Shown here: positions 18,213 to 24,865 of the stretch, piece after piece | Position numbering within the stretch: position 1 is the first letter of the stretch | How the letters are laid out: each line of letters starts with the position of its first letter | DNA from: an uncultured bacterium | GTDB taxonomy: Bacteria; Actinomycetota; Aquicultoria; SKW223 | Length of the DNA stretch: 24,865 nt | NCBI GenBank assembly: GCA_938042205.1 | Contig: CALIRS010000025.1 | Location: 1-24,865, forward strand | Direction: 5' to 3' | The notes under the pieces: generated by a model | Told to the model about the DNA's origin: nothing | Databases searched by the model: none | The model's input: the letters and a program-made list of their open reading frames with translations, nothing else | Translations under genes and position numbers: made by a program

Positions 18213-20044
18213 TGAGTAATAAAATTTTTCCTCTGACAGGATTAGCTAAAGTCTTGATTGGAGGTGTAAGCTTCCTGCTTCTTTTCTCTTCTTCGTTAAC
18301 CGCAATTTCCTTCTCAGCCGCTCTTCCAGTAAAACCTGAAAAAGTAGTAGATGATGAAACTGTTTATGCCATTTATGATGCTTCTGGTAAGTGGGAAAAG
18401 ACAATTGTCATAGATTGGTTAAGAATTGTTGCTAACGGAAAAGTCATTATTGAAGACGTTTTTAAAGGAACTAAAGCTGAAAATCTGAAAGGAAGCGAAA
18501 AGCCAGTTATAAAAAACGGATTTATCCGCTGGACTTTAAATGTAAATGGAGAGAGGGATTTTTATTATCGAATTGATACCCGCAGAGAACCACCTCTCTC
18601 GGTTGAAGTTAAATATTTCATAGATGGTAAGGAGGTTGATCCGGAAGAGCTTGCAGGTAAAAGTGGTAAGTTAAAGATTGTGGTCAAAGTCAAGAATAAA
18701 CTAAGAAAAATTGTTCCTGTCCCTTACACCAATGCTGATGGAAGGGTTGTCGAGAGAAAAGAAGAAATTTTCGTGCCTTTGCTAACTACTGTTAACCTGA
18801 GTTTTTTATCTTCCAGATTCGATAACATAAAGACTGAAGGTGGATTGCTGAATGTTTCGGGAGAAAAGACCAGTATAATGTGGATGCTTTTCCCTCAGGG
18901 GGAAGAAGAAGCTATTATTGAAATGGACGGGAAAAATATAGAGCTTGATCCGATAATGATTTCTGCATTCCCTCAGCTTTTAGAGTCCAGGGAAATAGAA
19001 ATGGAGAACCAATTTGAACAGCTTAAAGAAGGGCTTGAAGGTTTGTCTATTCTTTCTGGAGCTCAGATCAAGGTACTTGGTTATCTTGAGAAAAGAATTG
19101 ATGTTTCAAAATTCAGTCAATTTGCGTCAATAAGCAGTCAGTTTAAATCATTTCAGGGAGGCATTTCTTCACTTTATAACGGTTTAGATGGCATAAACCA
19201 GCTCTTGAATGGGCAGATAACAGCTTTAGAAGGAATTGTTCAGGGGATCAACTCGGATCAGTTTAGTTCACTCACCGATTTAAGCAATGCTATTGATGAC
19301 TTATCAACTGGATTAAAATCAATAAAAACCGGGCTTGAAGGGATATCAGCCGGGCTTGATGGACTAATACAGAGCAATGAAGAACTATCTCAACTTGCAA
19401 ATGAAAGGGCAGCATATTATGGTTCTGACACCACTCTTACCGCCCTCGCGAATGGTTTATCAGCACAAAGATCGGAACTCAATAATCTAAAAGCAGGCCT
19501 CAATGCCATTATTATTTCACTGGATGAAGTTGTTGCTGCCACTGATCTCATCTCCAGTCAATCACAGAGTTTTAACCAGATCCCTGCAGCTTTCGAAGAA
19601 ATTCGTAAATCGCTAATTGCCATCATAAATGGTGGAAATATCGGAGGAAGTAATCTTCCTGGACTGAGAACCACCTCTGAAAGAGTTAAGCAAATTTCTA
19701 TAGCACTAGGACAATCATCTTCCGCAATCAGCAAAATTGGTGGTCAGTTCGAAGCCCTTTCAGAAATTCCTCAAATGCTTCTCGTTTTGAAAGAAACACT
19801 CATCGCCCTGCAAAGTGGCGGGATACTTCAAGAAAATTACCTTCCCGGGCTTAAACAGAGCGAAGATGCACTTAATGAGATGGCAACTGGAGTAGGGGAA
19901 GGCCTTGAAAAAATAAGATTTGGTACTTCTCTAAAAGAAGTTCTTCAGAAAGAAGCAGAGAATTACGATACCTTCATCGGAAAACCTGAAAATGCTAATG
20001 GTAGAGTTCGCTTTATTTTGAAAATTGAAGGTATCAAAAGATGA
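18212..20044 (+). CDS. Secreted or membrane-anchored coiled-coil protein with X-X-X-Leu-X-X-Gly heptads (YhgE/Pip-N-like, no C-terminal TM domain)
   Basis: Signal/TM N-terminus; DETVYAIYDASG and YFIDGKEVDPEELAGKSGKLKI head domain; LxxG heptads; C-terminal YDTFIGKPENANGRVRFILKIEGI; start overlaps the MMPL stop (TGATG) with SD AGGAGG. Confidence 0.82.
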   Translation: MSNKIFPLTGLAKVLIGGVSFLLLFSSSLTAISFSAALPVKPEKVVDDETVYAIYDASGKWEKTIVIDWLRIVANGKVIIEDVFKGTKAENLKGSEKPVIKNGFIRWTLNVNGERDFYYRIDTRREPPLSVEVKYFIDGKEVDPEELAGKSGKLKIVVKVKNKLRKIVPVPYTNADGRVVERKEEIFVPLLTTVNLSFLSSRFDNIKTEGGLLNVSGEKTSIMWMLFPQGEEEAIIEMDGKNIELDPIMISAFPQLLESREIEMENQFEQLKEGLEGLSILSGAQIKVLGYLEKRIDVSKFSQFASISSQFKSFQGGISSLYNGLDGINQLLNGQITALEGIVQGINSDQFSSLTDLSNAIDDLSTGLKSIKTGLEGISAGLDGLIQSNEELSQLANERAAYYGSDTTLTALANGLSAQRSELNNLKAGLNAIIISLDEVVAATDLISSQSQSFNQIPAAFEEIRKSLIAIINGGNIGGSNLPGLRTTSERVKQISIALGQSSSAISKIGGQFEALSEIPQMLLVLKETLIALQSGGILQENYLPGLKQSEDALNEMATGVGEGLEKIRFGTSLKEVLQKEAENYDTFIGKPENANGRVRFILKIEGIKR

Positions 20045-20120
20045 TGAAAATTAAAAATTCTGTTTTTCAATGTAAAACGCGATCACACCACTATGTTTCT
20101 ATGTTGCCACGTCACCAGAA

Positions 20121-20197
<77 letters not shown>

Positions 20198-20224
20198 AAA
20201 TGAATGACCAAGAAAGACAAGAAA

Positions 20225-20253
20225 AATCTAACAGTATCATTTTATGCGGTCAA
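20225..20253 (-). promoter_or_regulatory. Putative promoter of tRNA-Ile
   Basis: TTGACC (20253-20248), 17 nt spacer, TAGATT (20230-20225). Confidence 0.55.
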
Positions 20254-20326
20254 TATCCCCGAAACAATATCCTTGAAATCAAAGTGCCATCTTGCGCTTC
20301 TTTTTAGATTTCTCATAATCTTTTTC

Positions 20327-20449
20327 TTAATCTTCTGACATCATTGAAAAATAAAAGTTTGCCAATTTTTGAGATGATAAAAACAGGATAAATGCCAGAA
20401 TAGCTGTTAGAAACATAACCGCAAGCACTAAGATATTTTGTCTTTTCAT
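20327..20449 (-). CDS. Unannotated 40-aa single-pass membrane protein downstream of pknB
   Basis: AGGAGG SD overlapping the pknB stop, 5 nt spacer, then ATG; MKRQNILVLAVMFLTAILAFILFLSSQKLANFYFSMMSED; below the ORF-track size cutoff. Confidence 0.65.
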   Translation of the reverse strand: MKRQNILVLAVMFLTAILAFILFLSSQKLANFYFSMMSED

Positions 20450-20459
20450 AAAGACCTCC

Positions 20460-22262
20460 TTATTGCCCCACCCAAATGGTAATAGTACTTCCAACAACCA
20501 CTTTCTGGTTTGCTTCAGGCGACTGCTGAAGCACCTTCCCTACCTGTGCTTCATCTAAAACCTCAACATACTGAATATCTACCATTAATCCGAGATTCTG
20601 TAGTTTTTGACGTGCATTAAGTGAATCTTCTCCCACAACATTTGGAACTGTCACAATAGAAGGTCCTTTCGAAACCACAAGAAGCACGGTCTCACCCTTC
20701 TTTAAGGTATCTGAAGCTGGCGGACTCTGTCGAATTACTTTTCCTTTCTCAACAGTATTGCTTTCTTCTTCACTAACGCGGTATTTTAAGCCAACTTTGG
20801 AAAGAGCCTGCTTTGCTTTCTCAAGTGTCAAGCCTTCGACGTCAGGAACTATCACCACTTCCACGCCCTTAGAAATAGTAATATTAACCACGCTTCCTTT
20901 ACTGACTAACGTTCCCGGTTTAGGACTCTGTCTAAGAATTGCATCAGCTGGAATCCTGTCAGAATGCTCGTAATTAACGTCTCCAATGCGAAGCCCCAAT
21001 TCACCAAGTATCTGGCCTGCTTCCAGCTCGGATTTCCCTATTAAATCAGGAACTTCCACAGGTGCTTCTCCTTTTGAAACCACTACTTTTACAGTGGAAC
21101 CCTTCTTCACTTTCGTGCCAGGTTCAGGCTTTTGTGAAATAACCTTTCCAGCTTTATAAATACTCGAATATTCTTCTCTTTCGACAGAAAGCTTCAAATC
21201 CTTTTCTTTAGCTAACTTCTTAGCCTGTTCAAGAGAGACGTCTACTAATTTTGGAACTTCTGTCATTGAAGCTACTATTTTTGCCTGATAATACCAGAGT
21301 GCCGCTACTGCGCTTCCAAGAAAAAGTAGTACCAGCAAACTTGCAATGATAGCCCACAAAGATGCTCTTCTTTTCGGCAATTTTAATTCCGAGGGTTTAA
21401 GCACTACTGTTTTTTCATAAGACTTGCCAAGTGCTTCAACAGTTCTTCCTTCTTCCAGCCGTCTTAAGTCTGCTATTAACTCGTCGGCACTTTGATATCT
21501 ATCGAAAGGGTCTTTGGCTATTGCCTTCAGAATAATTGCTTCCAGTTCAACAGGTATTGAAGGATTGAGAGCGGACGGTTTAGCAGGTATTTCGTTTGCA
21601 TGCTTAAGAGCCACGGAAACTGCAGAATCTCCCTCAAAGGGAATATTACCGGTAAGCATTTCATACATTATCACTCCGAGCGAATAAATATCACTAACTT
21701 CAGTTGCCGGAAGACCCTGTGCCTGCTCGGGAGAAAAATAATGGACCGAGCCCATCACTGTCCCGGTATCTGTTAATGAGGAAGACTTTGCCCTGGCAAT
21801 ACCAAAATCCATTACTTTTACCAGACCATCATGAGTAATAATAATGTTTTGTGGCTTAACATCTCGATGTACTACATCGTTCTTATGAGCGAAGGAAAGA
21901 GCGCGCGCCACCTGCTTGGTAATATCTATAGCAAAAGGAACTTCAAGGGCTCCCTTCTTGTTGATTAAATACTTCAAAGTATCCCCTTCAATATATTCCA
22001 TCACTATAAAATAGGTGCCGTTTTCCTCGCCCCAGTCATAAACACTGACAATATTTGGATGGTTTAGATTGGCTGCTGCCTGAGCTTCGCGGCGAAATCG
22101 GCTGACAAAGTTCTCTTCCTGTGCTAATTTTGAATGCATTACTTTTATGGCAACTCTCCTATCAAGGTTGATATCATACCCGAGGTAAACGTCAGCCATG
22201 CCCCCGCTGCCAATCTTTTCCAGTACCTTATATCTTTCTTTGATTATTTTCCCCGTTTTCAT
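20460..22262 (-). CDS. pknB: Stk1/PknB family Ser/Thr kinase with TM and four PASTA domains
   Basis: IGSGGMADVY, VAIK, HRDVKPQN, DFG, YFSPE; TM segment; four VP.(L/V)(V/I/E)(G/D) PASTA repeats. Confidence 0.96.
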   Translation of the reverse strand: MKTGKIIKERYKVLEKIGSGGMADVYLGYDINLDRRVAIKVMHSKLAQEENFVSRFRREAQAAANLNHPNIVSVYDWGEENGTYFIVMEYIEGDTLKYLINKKGALEVPFAIDITKQVARALSFAHKNDVVHRDVKPQNIIITHDGLVKVMDFGIARAKSSSLTDTGTVMGSVHYFSPEQAQGLPATEVSDIYSLGVIMYEMLTGNIPFEGDSAVSVALKHANEIPAKPSALNPSIPVELEAIILKAIAKDPFDRYQSADELIADLRRLEEGRTVEALGKSYEKTVVLKPSELKLPKRRASLWAIIASLLVLLFLGSAVAALWYYQAKIVASMTEVPKLVDVSLEQAKKLAKEKDLKLSVEREEYSSIYKAGKVISQKPEPGTKVKKGSTVKVVVSKGEAPVEVPDLIGKSELEAGQILGELGLRIGDVNYEHSDRIPADAILRQSPKPGTLVSKGSVVNITISKGVEVVIVPDVEGLTLEKAKQALSKVGLKYRVSEEESNTVEKGKVIRQSPPASDTLKKGETVLLVVSKGPSIVTVPNVVGEDSLNARQKLQNLGLMVDIQYVEVLDEAQVGKVLQQSPEANQKVVVGSTITIWVGQ

Positions 22263-22312
22263 CGCTCTTAATAATAAATTTTTTTACTGGTAGTAACAAC
22301 TTTTTGAATGTC

Positions 22313-23656
22313 TTACCTGAGAAGAGCCTCTTTTACTATTTCCGCAAATATTTTCGCGGCCACATTTCCACCCTTTCCACCATGTTCTACAAGTACGCAA
22401 GCAGCAATTTCAGGATCATCAGCCGGGGCAAACCCGATAAACCAGGAATGAGGCTCTCCGCTTTTAACTTCTGCTGTACCTGTTTTCCCAGCAACAGCGA
22501 TTCCCCTGATTCGAGCTGCTCTCCCTGTTCCGCTCTCAACTACTTCAACCATCGCTTTCTTGACTTCAAGCGCAGTGCTTTCAGAAACAATTCTTCGAGG
22601 GTTTTTCTGATTATCAATCATTTTTTCCCGAGTAAGTGAAGGAAAGATCAATAATCCATCATTAGCAACCATCTGAGCTATCATTGCCATAGAAAGTGGA
22701 GTTACCAGAAGGTCAGCTTGACCTACAGATGCCCAACCAAGAGTTACTTTTTCATTAAGGTTTTCCGGGAGATGCCCTTTCCTCACTGGAATGTCAAAAC
22801 CAGGGTCACTGTCGATTTTTAAATCTCTGGCAATCTCTTTGAAATTATTAGCCCCCAGTTTCAAACCAATTTGAGCAAAAACTGTATTTACAGAATGGAC
22901 AAATGCCTTTTCAACGGTAATTTTTCCATAACTTTTTTTACCATAATTGGTAATTCTAAATCCTCCAACAGGAAAAATCGCTGGAGCTTCATAAATATCA
23001 TCAAGCGAACCATCTTCATCCAGGTATTTTGCTAAAATAACAGTTTTGAAAGTGGAGCCCGGGGGATAAAGACCGGCGGTTGCCCTGTTCAAAAGAGGTT
23101 TTCGCGTATCCTTCAGCAACGCCTTAAAATCCTCATTTAGCCTGTTCGGGTCAAACGAAGGAAATGAATAAAGACCTCTTACAGCACCTGAGCGAGCATC
23201 AATTACCACAATAGCTCCCGGGGATTTTAATATTTCATGAGCCTTTTTCTGAATAGCTGGGTTAAGACTAGTTATGATGTCTTTCCCACGCGGTTTCTCT
23301 TTCCCTAACCAGAAATAATCCTCAGATGGAGGAGAAAGTATATTATCATAGCTTGCTTCAAGCCCTGATTTTCCATACTTGATGCTGGCATAACCAACGA
23401 CATTTGCAAATATGGAACCATAGGGATAAACCCTTTTTCTTCCCTTTTGCGTAGCAACGCTTTCAGCGAGCACCGAACCATCTTCTGACAGTATCTTCCC
23501 ACGTTCCAATATGTTTTCAGATATGAGATTTCTTTTATTTGCGGGATGTGCTCTTAACTCTTCTGAGTTAAACACACTCCATCGAAGAAAAAATATAATA
23601 AGCAGAATAAACACTAAAAATGAGCTAATTATCAAATCTCTCAGGGCACGATCCAT
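22313..23656 (-). CDS. pbpA: Class B penicillin-binding transpeptidase (PbpA-like)
   Basis: N-terminal TM, N.R...RG.I motif, PPGSTFK (SxxK), SVN (SxN), KTG; coupled to rodA. Confidence 0.92.
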   Translation of the reverse strand: MDRALRDLIISSFLVFILLIIFFLRWSVFNSEELRAHPANKRNLISENILERGKILSEDGSVLAESVATQKGRKRVYPYGSIFANVVGYASIKYGKSGLEASYDNILSPPSEDYFWLGKEKPRGKDIITSLNPAIQKKAHEILKSPGAIVVIDARSGAVRGLYSFPSFDPNRLNEDFKALLKDTRKPLLNRATAGLYPPGSTFKTVILAKYLDEDGSLDDIYEAPAIFPVGGFRITNYGKKSYGKITVEKAFVHSVNTVFAQIGLKLGANNFKEIARDLKIDSDPGFDIPVRKGHLPENLNEKVTLGWASVGQADLLVTPLSMAMIAQMVANDGLLIFPSLTREKMIDNQKNPRRIVSESTALEVKKAMVEVVESGTGRAARIRGIAVAGKTGTAEVKSGEPHSWFIGFAPADDPEIAACVLVEHGGKGGNVAAKIFAEIVKEALLR

Positions 23657-24858
23657 TTTTTCTTTTCACTTCCAAATTTCATTATTAAAGCTAACACGAT
23701 GAAAGATGACACGAATGAACTTCCCCCATAACTGAAAAACGGCATAGTCAGGCCAGTTAGTGGAAACAACCGGAGAGTTCCTCCTGTAACAATCGCTGCT
23801 TGAACAAAAAGAGATAGCGAAGCAACAGATACAAATATTTTCCCGAAACTGGATTCCGTAATCCGGGCAAGGGAAAGACTAATTATCGAAAAAAGAAGGT
23901 AAAGTGACAGAATAAGCATACCACCGGCTATCCCGGTTGCTTCTGCCCAGACAGGAAACACCATATCAGTATGTGCTGCTGGCAACAAACCAGGAAAACC
24001 GTTGCCAAGCCCTCTTCCCAAAATCCCTCCTTCAGCAAATGCAAATAATGACTGAACTATCTGATATGAGCGACCATAAACATCCTGAAAAGGATTTATC
24101 CAGATCTCGAACCTCGCCCTTACATGTGGGAAAAGATAGTACGAACCTGTCGCGCCGATTATAAAAAATAGCAAACCACCTGTGGGATATCTCTTTTTCC
24201 CGGTAGTTACATACAGCCCGATAAGAAAAGTAAAAAGAATAAGAAGAGAAAAACCAAGGTCTTTTAATATAACCAGTGATATTAGTGCAAAACCAGCAAT
24301 AAGAAGCGCAGGTCCAAGATAACGAATCTCAAACAGAGCATTCGAAGAGACAGTTGCCCTGGCAAGCAACATCTTATGTTCCGCAAAATAACCTGCTGTA
24401 AAGAGGAAGAAAAATATCTTGGCAAATTCAGATGGCTGAAAGGTGACTGGTCCGACGTCAATCCAGAGTCTGGAACCTCCTTTGACAACTCCTGAAAACA
24501 TCGGCATTAAAAAAAGCAAAAGAGCGACAACTCCAAGAATATATCTGTACTCATAAACCCTGGTAAAAAACTTCAATATTGCTATGGTTGCCATAAAAAA
24601 TGCCAGACCCGCAAGCGATATATAAAGCTGGTGGATAAAAAATTTTTCATCTATTTGAAGCATGTTAATAAACCCAAGCCCTGAAATTAAGGCACAAACA
24701 GGCAATATGATTTCAGAAGAGTCAGGCAGAAAAAAAGAAAGTGCGAAGCTGGCAATAAAAAAAGGAGCAATTGAAACCAATGCCAAGAGTAACCCCTGAT
24801 CTGAAAGAACAGAAAATCCAAATGCCAGACATGCCCAAACACCCGATAGTAAAATCAA
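23641..24858 (-). CDS. rodA: FtsW/RodA/SpoVE family SEDS glycosyltransferase (probably 5'-truncated by the window edge)
   Basis: GSRLWI..GPVTFQPSEFAK, DLG, RFEIWINPF, YQIVQSL, HTDMVF, PLTGLTMPFFSYGGSS; reading frame stays open to the window end. Confidence 0.92.
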   Translation of the reverse strand: MILLSGVWACLAFGFSVLSDQGLLLALVSIAPFFIASFALSFFLPDSSEIILPVCALISGLGFINMLQIDEKFFIHQLYISLAGLAFFMATIAILKFFTRVYEYRYILGVVALLLFLMPMFSGVVKGGSRLWIDVGPVTFQPSEFAKIFFFLFTAGYFAEHKMLLARATVSSNALFEIRYLGPALLIAGFALISLVILKDLGFSLLILFTFLIGLYVTTGKKRYPTGGLLFFIIGATGSYYLFPHVRARFEIWINPFQDVYGRSYQIVQSLFAFAEGGILGRGLGNGFPGLLPAAHTDMVFPVWAEATGIAGGMLILSLYLLFSIISLSLARITESSFGKIFVSVASLSLFVQAAIVTGGTLRLFPLTGLTMPFFSYGGSSFVSSFIVLALIMKFGSEKKKWIVP

Positions 24859-24865
24859 CTCTTTT

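Overview
AT-rich bacterial chromosome segment (roughly 40% GC by eye, not computed). The rodA-pbpA-pknB block and the free-standing tRNA-Ile suggest a deep-branching low-GC Actinomycetota or Firmicutes-like monoderm (inference). Housekeeping genes are serS, pheA, cyoE/ctaB, larB-larC, a cysteine synthase, rodA-pbpA-pknB, tRNA-Ser(TGA) and tRNA-Ile(GAT). Accessory genes are a DUF2064 glycosyltransferase-like gene, a site-2 protease-CBS gene, a c-di-GMP-I riboswitch-controlled secreted subtilisin, a secreted SdrD-B-like protein, an ABC-2 exporter, a CARDB membrane protein and a TetR-MMPL-coiled-coil operon. Main signals missed by the ORF track: (1) a family of GGGGTCAGGTCTTGAATT-type inverted repeat pairs at three intergenic sites; (2) a complete TetR/MMPL/long coiled-coil operon with its promoter, operator and nested 50/62-aa repeats, a candidate monoderm trans-envelope export system; (3) an unannotated 40-aa membrane protein coupled to pknB; (4) a degenerate 7-mer array after tRNA-Ser; (5) the riboswitch. 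No CRISPR array, integrase or intact transposase is visible.
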